Positions 43,801-54,232 of a stretch of DNA of 64,000 bases are shown piece by piece (position 1 is the first letter of the stretch; each line of letters begins with the position of its first letter). Where the stretch lies: assembly GCA_964035545.1 (NCBI GenBank), contig OZ037771.1:631628-695627 (forward strand), written 5' to 3'. The position numbers were made by a program, and so were the translations under genes. Below the pieces are notes generated by a model. The model did not search any database. It worked only from the letters and a program-made list of their open reading frames with translations, and was not told the origin of the DNA. The stretch comes from Bugula neritina (taxonomy: Eukaryota > Animalia > Bryozoa).

Positions 43801-44657
43801 TTATAACTACATGAGTAGTACTATGGAATTTGAGTAACATTAAAGTAATGGTTTAGTACTACTACTAGCAGCGCTAGCAAATACTGCTTACACTACAGTG
43901 GTTAGCTTTGTTTAACACTAACAGTGAAAATTTAGGTGTTTTATTTAATTTAATAAATGACTTATAAATAGGCAACTTGATGACCTAAAGTTGATACAAT
44001 CAAAATATATCTTCAAGTTATTATGCATACCGATACTTATAATACTAACATGGTGACAGTGACAAAAATCATTATTACCATCATAATTGATATGAATATA
44101 ATTCTATCCTAATAATTGTGATACTGATTATCATTATATAACTTTCATTAGGTGATTTATGATGATATTAAATACTAGCAGTAGTTACAGAGTATCATAG
44201 TGATATTCCTATTGGCAATAACATTAACTGTATGTAATATTAATAATGATAATTCTAGTTAATATATCATCATTACCAACATCAAATCCAAAATGAATCA
44301 TTTCATAAACCAATTATCATTATGAATAAATTGAAATCAAAAGTAAAACAATGAATTTTTTTCTTATTTCAATACTTGAGTCTTGAATTTGAAGATGAAC
44401 ATAATACTCAACAGTCATAGTCATAGTGTAGAGTTTAACATTAACACTTACACTAACTGCATGAAGCTGCGTATCAAATATCAATATAATTAGGATTATC
44501 ATAATCATCACTGATCACTGATTATATTTAATTTTATATTTATATTGTACACTCAAATACTTAGATATATATTATTATATAATATCAATTATATAGTATA
44601 ACTGTTAGTGTTATAGTTATGCTAAATCTAATGTTTCATTGTGAAGCATTGATAAAG

Positions 44658-44710
44658 CACTATGAACTCATTATGATTATGAAGTTCATAATCATAATGA
44701 GTTTATAGTG
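44658..44710. repeat. Near-perfect 53-bp palindrome
   Basis: CACTATGAACTCATTATGATTATGAA-G-TTCATAATCATAATGAGTTTATAGTG. Confidence 0.85.
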
Positions 44711-45674
44711 ATACTGATACAGCATGAGGGTGACCCTGACTATGAGTGACACTGACATAATCATGACTAATTAGCATACTGCATAGCCAATCACCAATGC
44801 CCATACTGATAGTAATGATAGTGATACTCATAGCTCATAAGTCATAGGCATAGTGATACTGATAGGCGATAGCCGATAGGCATAGCCATTATCAACATCA
44901 TTATGATTATCATTACCTTTATGATTAGTATTACCATATAAAAGTCTAAGACTAATGACAATGTGAATGTCAAACTCGCACTCAACCAGTCAAACTCAAT
45001 CAGTCATGCTCATGGCTCATAAGTCACACGATTAGGTGAGAGCCCGCTGGTGGGTCAGACTGAATTTGCAACTATAGCACTAAAGCACCAATATCAATAT
45101 CAATTAAAATGACCCACTAATTATATCACTATCAGAATATTGCTAATATCACATTTATTTTTACTATGAGTATAACATTAATCGTGTACCTGAACTTGAA
45201 GTCAGCCTAGTATTGGCAAACTTGCAAAGTAGTAAATAAGTGAGGAGATAACTTTAATCTTCTAATTTATGTTTAGTTTTAGTACTTTCTGTTCTTTCGG
45301 TCACCACCCGCACTCGATTGTTAATAAGCTGCAAGAAGATTTGTCTATCCACTGTTACATTCTTCGATTTCCGTAATACACTATAGTTTCATGCAGTGTG
45401 GTATATTTAAGAGTGTTGACTTTAAACCATGAAAAATCATTATGTCGCTAATGGTACCGCAAGTTTATATAAGTTATAAAGGAAAAATTTTGCCACTTTT
45501 GTGATTTTATTTTTTTTTTATATTATGTGTCCATTTTTTTTAGTTTTGTTTATTGGTAAAGTTTTTAAACATATTTTCAATACATATAAAATTTTAAAAA
45601 AAATTAAAACTTAATCGTGCACGTAAATACAAAGCTATAAAGTTTAAGCTTCGCTGTGATTACAATGTGAATAT

Positions 45675-45979
45675 TGTGGTGGCTCGTGGAGCTACCAGCA
45701 ACACAATACGCAAGGTTGCGTATTGACCCGGAACAATGTATTAGCCAATTAGCTAAGCTGTTTTATAAGTAATAGTAGCCGCTTCGCGCTACTAGCTCAG
45801 TTGAGGATAGTGCTGTAAACTAAATAGACGTGCGTATCATTACTGTTGTACATTGGACTTTTATTATGTATTCTTGTATTAAATATAACGATATCTACTC
45901 GACTTAACTGGTGAAGTTTCTCTAGTGATAAATAGACTCTCTTGGTGGCACATCAACCCTAAATCTGAAAATTATAACA
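45675..45979 (+). repeat. 5' LTR (305 bp)
   Basis: TGTGGTGGCTC...ATTATAACA; no difference from the 3' LTR seen by eye. Confidence 0.97.
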
Positions 45980-45980
45980 G

Positions 45981-45998
45981 TGGTGGCAGCGGTGGGAT
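45981..45998 (+). promoter_or_regulatory. Primer-binding site complementary to the 3' end of tRNA-Leu
   Basis: TGGTGGCAGCGGTGGGAT is the reverse complement of ATCCCACCGCTGCCACCA, the animal tRNA-Leu(AAG/UAG) end as recalled; it lies 1 nt after the LTR. Confidence 0.85.
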
Positions 45999-46012
45999 AG
46001 TGTATATCAAAG

Positions 46013-46879
46013 ATGGAGACTGAAAACGCTAGAATGCAACCACCCCCAGTAGAAGGTGAGCGTAGAAATGCTGTTAATCCTGTGAATCGTGAAGGAGAAG
46101 AAGCTTATAGACATTGCTTGAAAGCTCCCACCTTTACTGGGTCGGAAGATGTCGAACAATTTATACAAGAATTTAGAGAGGTAATGGAAGTTGCTCAATG
46201 GCCGCATAGAGTGGCCCTCATTCAATTGCGGAGAGCGGTGACGGAGCAAGCCAAGCCGTACGGAGTGGGAACGGACGTAGACGGCATACTGGCTGCGCTG
46301 CGGGCCCGTTTTGGCACCTCCGTCATAGACGCTAGGACCAAGCTGGAGAGATTGTGCCGCACCCCGCGGACCTCGCTGCAAGAACATGCCGCGACGGTGA
46401 AGAAGCTGGCGCAGATTGCATATAGCGATCTGCCAGCACAACACCAAGAGCGTTACACCTATGACGCCTTTGTCCAGTCCCTAAACGACCTGGGCCTAGA
46501 CCATCACCTACGAGCTAAAGGGATAACCAGAATAGAGGATGCCCTGAAGGCTGGAGAAGCTTACCTGTTGGCTACCCAAATGCATCGAGCACAAAGGAAC
46601 CCCCCAGTAGTTGGAGTCAGCGCTGCCAGGGCTACGACAGGCTCCGAAGCCCTCCCGCTGGAAGCCGAAGTGGACCGCATGGTAGAGATGCTGGGATAAT
46701 TGGTAACCATTCTGGCCGGTGCTGGCCCCGGTCAGGCCTTACGGATGCCCCCAACATCTGTGGGGCAGGGCTGGAGTAGCGCTGATCAGGACCAGGGACA
46801 GAAAGGACGACCCCAATACCAGGGGGCGTTAAACTGTCACGGCCCGCGGACACACTTCCTCCCCGCGGGCCGCAACTAA
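46013..46879 (+). CDS. gag: Gag (capsid-like), with an in-frame TAA at 46697-46699 and a second stop at 46877-46879
   Basis: KAPTFTGSEDVEQFIQEF...ALRARFG capsid motifs. The frame stays open for 59 codons after the TAA. Confidence 0.85.
46828..46872 (+). promoter_or_regulatory. Putative -1 ribosomal frameshift cassette
   Basis: G TTA AAC slippery-like site, short spacer, then the 10-bp stem CGGCCCGCGG...CCGCGGGCCG. Pol is in the -1 frame. Confidence 0.75.
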
Positions 46880-49800
46880 AGGAGTATGGTGGAACGCGCC
46901 GTCGTTTGTCCGTACGGACACGGCGGAACATTCCACCCGAGTGGCAGGTACCCCGCAAGACTAGTAGGCCCGCACAACGGCCCAGTACCTTCTCCCTGCC
47001 ACTCGCTAACCGGTTTCACCGGTTACCTCGGGAAGAGGAGCCCGCCACTGAAATGGAGCCGGAAGGCCCAGTGGAGAGGCCCAAACCCCGCCGGCACCAA
47101 CCTCGCCGCCGGAAGCCCCGTAAACCACGGGTGAAACCCCCGCCGTCCTGTCAAACCAGGACAGCACATGCGGGGGGGGTGAAAGTACAACCACATGGAG
47201 AGAGCTATTTCCTACCCGGAAAGGTGGCCGGCAACGCCGTCACTTTCCTGCTCGACTCCGGTTGTACTACCAACCTTCTCAGTCGTAGAGTCTTTGAGGC
47301 ACTGCCCCGCCGGGACAGGGATAGAGTACGACCGTATACTGGGGAACATGGCACCCTGGCAGACGGGTCATGTATCCCCTTTTATGGTATTATCGAGCTC
47401 CCTGGGCGTGTCCGAGATCAGGCTGTACAGGAGACCTTTGTCATAGGTCAACTGGAAGAAGATGCTATCCTCGGAATGCCCTTCTTGAAGCAACACCAGT
47501 GCCGAATAGATTTCAGTAAGTCGGTGGTGCTAATGGGCGGGCGAGAACTCGCCTGTGTGGATAAGTTTGGGCGTCCCCTGGTGGGCGGTGTTCAGGTAGT
47601 TCGGAACTGCACCGTACCCGGACGCTCCAGAGCTACTATCCACTGCCGAGTGAACAGCAACCAGATAGCCAGGCTCGGGGTCGTTGAAAGCGCGCACGAA
47701 AAGATCCAACTCGCCAGTAGTTTAAACCGACTAACTGAGCGAGGGGAGGTCTTAGTGCAGTGCGTCAACCCCTTTACCGAGCCCATTGAGCTCCCAGCTG
47801 GGTCAATGCTGGGCCGGTTCCATTCCGTCCAGGAAGAGGACGTGGGCCCGTCGCTGGGTGACGCGACGGAGGCACCCCCTCGACACCCTATTCAGGGACG
47901 AGGGGCAGTCCCAACACATCTCCGGGAGTTATACGAAACAGCCAGTGGCGGCTGCGCGAGTAACAGAGAACGCCAAGCTATGGCCAAGTTACTACGCGAC
48001 TACGGTGATGTGTTCAGCAGCGGAGAGCATGACGTGGGACTGACTGGAATTGTCAGACACGAAATACCGCTGACTGCAGGGACAGCCCCTGTCCGGCAGC
48101 CCACGCGCAGGCTGGGGCCGGAGAAAGAGAAGGAGGTTAGCCGACAAGTACGGGATCTTCTGGACCGGGGACTGATAGAGCCCGCCCATAGTGCGTGGAG
48201 CTCGCCAGTCGTACTGGTCCGGAAGAAAGACGGCAGTTGGCGGTTCTGTGTGGACTACCGCAAACTCAATAGCGTAACCATACAGGACGCCTACCCTCTA
48301 CCTCGTATTGACGAGTCATTGGACGCCTTAGCCGGCAGCAAGTACTTCAGTACGTTAGACTTGCTAAGCGGCTATTGGCAGGTTCCTCTGAGTCCCGACG
48401 CCCAAGAGAAAGCGGCGTTTATCACACGGGACGGTTTGTGGAAGTGGAAGGTGCTGCCCTTCGGGTTAACCTCCGCCCCAGCCACCTTCCAGAGGCTGAT
48501 GGAACAAGTCCTTAGCGGACTCCATTGGAAGACACTGCTGGTCTACCTCGATGATGTCATCGTAATCTCTCCAGACTTCGAGACACATGTCAGTCGTCTG
48601 CAGGAGGTTTTCGAGAGACTCCGAGGTGCCGGTCTTAAGCTCAAACCTTCCAAGTGCGCTCTGTTGCAGCCGGAGGTCAAGTACCTGGGGCACGTTGTCG
48701 GTCGAAACGGCGTGGCAACGGATCCCGAAAAGGTACGGGCAGTAGAAGACTGGGTCACCCCCCAAGACTTGACCGGACTCCGGGCTTTCTTGGGGCTGGT
48801 AGGGTATTACAGGCAATACATACCAGACTTTGCGGGCATAGCCCAGCCTTTAAACCGGCTTACCGCAAAGGGAGTGACGTGGCAGTGGACCCCAGTCGAA
48901 CAAGAAGCGTTCGACCGCCTCAAGGGCTGCCTCCTAACGGCGCCCATCTTGGCCTACCCAGACCCCACTCTGGAGTACATCCTAGACACGGACGCCAGTG
49001 ACCAGAATGTTGGCGCTGTGCTGTCACAAGTGCAGGAAGGCCGAGAAGTAGTAGTAGCCTACTACAGCAAGTCTCTCTCTCCCGCTGAACGAAATTACTG
49101 CACTACCCGCAAGGAACTGCTGGCAGTAATCAAGTCAGTGAAGCACTTCAGACCATACCTATATGGCAGGAAGTTCCGGCTGCGTACGGATCATGCCTCG
49201 CTGATCTGGTTGTGCAGGAGAGCAGAGCCCTCTAGTCAGGTCGCCCGGTGGCTCGAAATCCTAGCTGAATTCTCGTACCGGATCGAACATCGACCGGGCA
49301 AGAGACACAGCAATGCGGATGGGTTGAGTCGCCGACCTGAAGGAGGTTGCAAACAGTGTCTCAACATCGAGAGGAGGGATGGAGGTCCCCCACGATGCGA
49401 GTTGGAGACGCTGGCTCATCACGGAGCACCGTTTGACTGGGATCAAGGTCAACTCAAGCAGAGAGTTGATGAGTCCCCGGAGGATGTGCAAAACCTCCGC
49501 GCCAACCCTGTACTGGCCGGTAATGTTCGAGAGCTGAAGAAGCTCCAAGAAGAACTGCCTGGAGTCGTGGCAGACATATACCGGGCCAAACGGGAAGGGC
49601 GACGACCCAGCGAGGAACGCATAAGACAGGGATGCGCCGAGTTCCGGCTATACTGTCAGCGTTGGGACTCGCTGCGGATCGGGCAGGATGGGTTGCTAAC
49701 CATCTCTCTAACTGCCAGCGGCAGACACCCGGAAAGGAAGAGGGTAGTCTGCCCCACAGCCATCCGCCGTGAGTTGATTTGGGATACTCACAAGCAGGCC

Positions 49801-51453
49801 CACGCAGGGGTCAAGCGAGTGATATCAAAATTACGACTCCGGTGGTATTGGCCGCAGATGGAGCGTGACGTCCGGCTCAGAGTCAAACAGTGTGAGATCT
49901 GCCAGGCCAGTAAACATAGCCGCCCCCCTGGTGAGGCAGGACGGCGGAGGCTATATGCTGGTAGGCCCTGGCAAGTAGTCGCTGTAGACCTGGTCGGACC
50001 CATGCCCCTGACCCCCAGAGGCAATAATTGGATCCTAGTACTAACCGACCACTTTACTAGGTGGGCGGATGCTCTGGCCATCCCAGATGCATCAGCCCCA
50101 ACAGTGGCCAGGGCGCTAGACCAACATGTATTCTGTTATTTTGGGCTTCCCGAACAGATACACTCTGATCAAGGCGCTCAATTCCAGTCTCAACTGATGA
50201 GCGACCTTTGCCACCTCTGGGGAGTAAATCAGAGCAGGACCACCCCCTACCACCCTCAAGGTAACGGGGTGGTGGAGCGCAACAACCGGATGCTAGGTGA
50301 TGCGCTCCGGAGTCTCCTCCTTGGACGAGGTCAAGAGGAATGGGATACGGTGTTGCCGCAGGTCATGCGTGCATACCGTAGCACCCCACACACCAGTACT
50401 GGTGAGACCCCAAACCTCTTGATGCTCGGGAGAGAGACTCGTGTCCCTGACCATCTCACCTATCACGTTCCAGAGCAAGACAACTCGGTTCACGAGTATG
50501 CCAGTGAACTAGTGGAACGGATGAAGGCCGCACACGATATACTGCGTCAACAGCAGTGGAAGGTGCGGCACGAAGATTCCGATGAACCCCCTCTCTATCA
50601 AAGGGGAGATAAGGTGTGGATGGTCAATTACCGTAGGCGCCGCGGACAGGCTGATAAGCTGAAGCCTAAGTTCGTAGGCCCCTACGTGGTCGTCGAGGCT
50701 ATGCCCAATCATACGTACAAGATTGAGCGCTCAGGACAGGTGTCTATCCAGAATGAGTCTCGCTTGAAACCGTATTGGGCTAGCCCTGACGGAGTGGGAG
50801 AAGCCCCCCCGTTGTTAGAGCCCAGGAGGCAGACAACGACGCGCGGGCGACGGCGGCATGGGCCTGAATACGAAGTGGTCATACCGCGGGAGGAAAACTT
50901 GGTGAGAGAGGAGCGGCAGCTTTTGTCAACAGAAGCGTGTCCGCCGCCGCCAAGTCTAATTCCATCACTTCCAGAAACCGAGCCGGTTCCGGAAGTGCAA
51001 ACCCCCACGGAGGGAGGGGCTCCATCCGGAGAACAAGAAGAGGTGACCACTAACGGTGAAGTAGAGACGCCATTAGAGGCCCCTACTAACGAACCGGCAA
51101 GCGTGTCACCCCCCCTAGAAAGGGGACAGCGTACGAGGAAGCCCCCACCATATTTAAAAGACTTCATATGTGACTGCATTAGAAGCGGCGCACATGAAAG
51201 TCTAGGGGAAAACCGTACGACAAAATGTTGGAGTTGTGAACCCCACGCAAATATCAACTTTTGCGAGGGCGGAATAGTGGGAGGAATTAATGCGCGTAAA
51301 GCAAATAGTTCCGACCTCGTGCCTCAGAAACGCTGCTCAGCCTTTTCTTATGCTGACATCGCTAAAGGCAGACGTATCCCACAACCAGCTCCAACCTTAC
51401 CAAGAACGTTGAGTATGGACATTAATACCGAGTTCCCAGGTAAGCCAGTATAA
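46828..51453 (+). CDS. pol: Pol polyprotein (aspartic protease, RT, RNase H, integrase with GPY/F module)
   Basis: LLDSGC; WRFCVDYRKLN, LPFGL, YLDD; LDTDAS, CTTRKELLA, RTDH; HHCC (HKQAH...CEIC), VAVDL, IHSDQG, GNGVVER; KFVGPY. The ORF is uninterrupted. Confidence 0.97.
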   Translation, partial: VKLSRPADTLPPRGPQLKEYGGTRRRLSVRTRRNIPPEWQVPRKTSRPAQRPSTFSLPLANRFHRLPREEEPATEMEPEGPVERPKPRRHQPRRRKPRKPRVKPPPSCQTRTAHAGGVKVQPHGESYFLPGKVAGNAVTFLLDSGCTTNLLSRRVFEALPRRDRDRVRPYTGEHGTLADGSCIPFYGIIELPGRVRDQAVQETFVIGQLEEDAILGMPFLKQHQCRIDFSKSVVLMGGRELACVDKFGRPLVGGVQVVRNCTVPGRSRATIHCRVNSNQIARLGVVESAHEKIQLASSLNRLTERGEVLVQCVNPFTEPIELPAGSMLGRFHSVQEEDVGPSLGDATEAPPRHPIQGRGAVPTHLRELYETASGGCASNRERQAMAKLLRDYGDVFSSGEHDVGLTGIVRHEIPLTAGTAPVRQPTRRLGPEKEKEVSRQVRDLLDRGLIEPAHSAWSSPVVLVRKKDGSWRFCVDYRKLNSVTIQDAYPLPRIDESLDALAGSKYFSTLDLLSGYWQVPLSPDAQEKAAFITRDGLWKWKVLPFGLTSAPATFQRLMEQVLSGLHWKTLLVYLDDVIVISPDFETHVSRLQEVFERLRGAGLKLKPSKCALLQPEVKYLGHVVGRNGVATDPEKVRAVEDWVTPQDLTGLRAFLGLVGYYRQYIPDFAGIAQPLNRLTAKGVTWQWTPVEQEAFDRLKGCLLTAPILAYPDPTLEYILDTDASDQNVGAVLSQVQEGREVVVAYYSKSLSPAERNYCTTRKELLAVIKSVKHFRPYLYGRKFRLRTDHASLIWLCRRAEPSSQVARWLEILAEFSYRIEHRPGKRHSNADGLSRRPEGGCKQCLNIERRDGGPPRCELETLAHHGAPFDWDQGQLKQRVDESPEDVQNLRANPVLAGNVRELKKLQEELPGVVADIYRAKREGRRPSEERIRQGCAEFRLYCQRWDSLRIGQDGLLTISLTASGRHPERKRVVCPTAIRRELIWDTHKQAHAGVKRVISKLRLRWYWPQMERDVRLRVKQCEICQASKHSRPPGEAGRRRLYAGRPWQVVAVDLVGPMPLTPRGNNWILVLTDHFTRWADALAIPDASAPTVARALDQHVFCYFGLPEQIHSDQGAQFQSQLMSDLCHLWGVNQSRTTPYHPQGNGVVERNNRMLGDALRSLLLGRGQEEWDTVLPQVMRAYRSTPHTSTGETPNLLMLGRETRVPDHLTYHVPEQDNSVHEYASELVERMKAAHDILRQQQWKVRHEDSDEPPLYQRGDKVWMVNYRRRRGQADKLKPKFVGPYVVVEAMPNHTYKIERSGQVSIQNESRLKPYWASPDGVGEAPPLLEPRRQTTTRGRRRHGPEYEVVIPREENLVREERQLLSTEACPPPPSLIPSLPETEPVPEVQTPTEGGAPSGEQEEVTTNGEVETPLEAPTNEPASVSPPLERGQRTRKPPPYLKDFICDCIRSGAHESLGENRTTKCWSCEPHANINFCEGGIVGGINARKANSSDLVPQKRCSAFSYADIAKGRRIPQPAPTLPRTLSMDINTEFPGKPV

Positions 51454-51470
51454 GTCTTGTATTCCTATTC

Positions 51471-52544
51471 ATGGAAACGGGCTCGATGCCAGTAAATTCT
51501 GAACTAATTCAGCAGATTGAATCAGAATTACTGGGAACCACGTTTCATGTGAATGACGATGAAGACACTGTAATGGCCGACGGTCTGTTAGACCTGGAGC
51601 TAGACACTGTTCTTGGTCAGTCCACACATGATTCATCAGTTCCTCGAGTGCATTCCAAAAGCTGTGACTCTCAGGCTAGCAACGGTCGACAGTCACTAGA
51701 ATTATGTTGTAAAGATCCACCGCGATCTAACAATAATTCTACTTTTGTAGACACACTCGCACCCGTCTCTACGGACATGCCTTCTCTAGAGATGGCATGG
51801 GACTCAGAGCCGGCCCCAACAACTCCTACCACCAGGCAATTACCACCCCAGTTGGAAGCAACCTCCAACTGGATTACCCCTGCCACAGAGAGGGAAATCA
51901 GGACCCATCAAGGAGGTGAGAGTAATCGTGAATGCAACCTCTGCCAGCAGCGATTCACAACCCACCGCAGACTAAAGGTGCACTTGCCGCAGCACTACAT
52001 CACCACTTTCTGCCCTTGCGGAGAATATAGCTATAACCGTGATTACCTACTGCGGCACCAACGTACTATGCAGTGCTATCAAGGACGTGTCTATGAAGTA
52101 GACGAATCATCCTATCCTGCCGTTCTCAACGCCATCAAACCACTCATCACTGACTCAGCTCGGCTATCTCGCCTGGAGCAAGGCTTCCCTTCCCCGCGAC
52201 CTATCATCTCTGGAGCCACAGATAAACCTACACAGTCTGCTAACTCTCCACCTCACAGTCCTATACGCATGCCGCATACCTTTCCTCGTGTCGTACTACA
52301 GCGAGTAGACACAAATGCGTATACACTCCCTCCTCCTATTCCATCCTCAGAGCGGAAACGACACAGGCAACCAACTTCCTCTCGCTCGTCCCCCTGGGCC
52401 CGTAACCTACGTGAGGTAGAAGCTAGGGCGCATGACTTGGAGCAAGAAGTCTACAGGCTGGCCCCACGAATACAGGCAGCCTCCAGTGAACTCAAATACT
52501 TACAGGAGTCGATTAAACGCATGAAGCGTGCGGCCCGCAATTAA
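51471..52544 (+). CDS. Retrotransposon ORF3: non-env accessory protein with zinc-finger-like motifs and a C-terminal coiled coil
   Basis: 357-aa intact ORF inside the LTRs. Contains CNLCQQRFTTHRRLKVHLPQH, CPCGEYSYNRDYLLRHQRTMQC and the heptad LREVEARAHDLEQEVYRLAPRIQAASSELKYLQESI. Confidence 0.85.
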   Translation: METGSMPVNSELIQQIESELLGTTFHVNDDEDTVMADGLLDLELDTVLGQSTHDSSVPRVHSKSCDSQASNGRQSLELCCKDPPRSNNNSTFVDTLAPVSTDMPSLEMAWDSEPAPTTPTTRQLPPQLEATSNWITPATEREIRTHQGGESNRECNLCQQRFTTHRRLKVHLPQHYITTFCPCGEYSYNRDYLLRHQRTMQCYQGRVYEVDESSYPAVLNAIKPLITDSARLSRLEQGFPSPRPIISGATDKPTQSANSPPHSPIRMPHTFPRVVLQRVDTNAYTLPPPIPSSERKRHRQPTSSRSSPWARNLREVEARAHDLEQEVYRLAPRIQAASSELKYLQESIKRMKRAARN

Positions 52545-52797
52545 CTCGAGTCTACCTACCACTCCCTACTACTCATTCCCCTACCTCTCTGTGGCATTCC
52601 CTACCGTAATGGTGGCACGTACTCTATATGTAGATAGTACCTTCTCTTGCTTATACTTAGTGCACGATATATATACCTGTATATTTTTTTTACCAGTTGT
52701 TGTTTTTTATATATACTCTTATGCTGTTCTCTTATCCCCCAACGAAGTATACGTTTTTTTTGTGAATCTTATTTTATCAGAAAGTGGGCTTTCTGCT

Positions 52798-52808
52798 GGA
52801 GGGGGCAG
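52798..52808 (+). promoter_or_regulatory. Polypurine tract
   Basis: GGAGGGGGCAG abutting the 3' LTR. Confidence 0.8.
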
Positions 52809-53113
52809 TGTGGTGGCTCGTGGAGCTACCAGCAACACAATACGCAAGGTTGCGTATTGACCCGGAACAATGTATTAGCCAATTAGCTAAGCTGTTTTAT
52901 AAGTAATAGTAGCCGCTTCGCGCTACTAGCTCAGTTGAGGATAGTGCTGTAAACTAAATAGACGTGCGTATCATTACTGTTGTACATTGGACTTTTATTA
53001 TGTATTCTTGTATTAAATATAACGATATCTACTCGACTTAACTGGTGAAGTTTCTCTAGTGATAAATAGACTCTCTTGGTGGCACATCAACCCTAAATCT
53101 GAAAATTATAACA
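52809..53113 (+). repeat. 3' LTR (305 bp)
   Basis: Same sequence as the 5' LTR. Confidence 0.97.
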
Positions 53114-53264
53114 ATATGAATTGAATAATGCTTGCAATAACCATTTTACACAAAATACGTTACAATTGCAATAAATGTAAGACTAGTAAATTGGATGCAA
53201 ATAGGCACGGTAATACTATTTAATTTATGCTATTTTTGAAATTTGTAGTAAATATTCGGCATGT

Positions 53265-54232
<968 letters not shown>

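Larger units (their letters stand above)
45675..53113 (+). mobile_element. Full-length Ty3/Gypsy LTR retrotransposon with three ORFs
   Basis: TG...CA LTRs, 4-bp TSD ATAT (45671-45674 and 53114-53117), PBS, PPT, and PR-RT-RH-IN domain order. Confidence 0.98.

Noticed and set aside
45675-45979. Self-cleaving ribozyme in the LTR
   Set aside because: No hammerhead core (CUGANGA...GAAA) was recognised by eye; an Infernal/Rfam scan would be needed.
45981-45998. tRNA gene
   Set aside because: Only 18 nt complementary to a tRNA 3' end; this is the PBS.
46007-51886. Antisense and alternative-frame ORFs within gag/pol/ORF3
   Set aside because: Short shadows of GC-rich coding sequence with no recognisable motifs.
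51471-52544. ORF3 as an envelope gene
   Set aside because: No signal peptide, hydrophobic transmembrane segment or fusion-protein pattern.
52528-52886. A fourth retrotransposon ORF
   Set aside because: Low-complexity T-rich 3' UTR running into the LTR, with non-ATG starts and no motifs.
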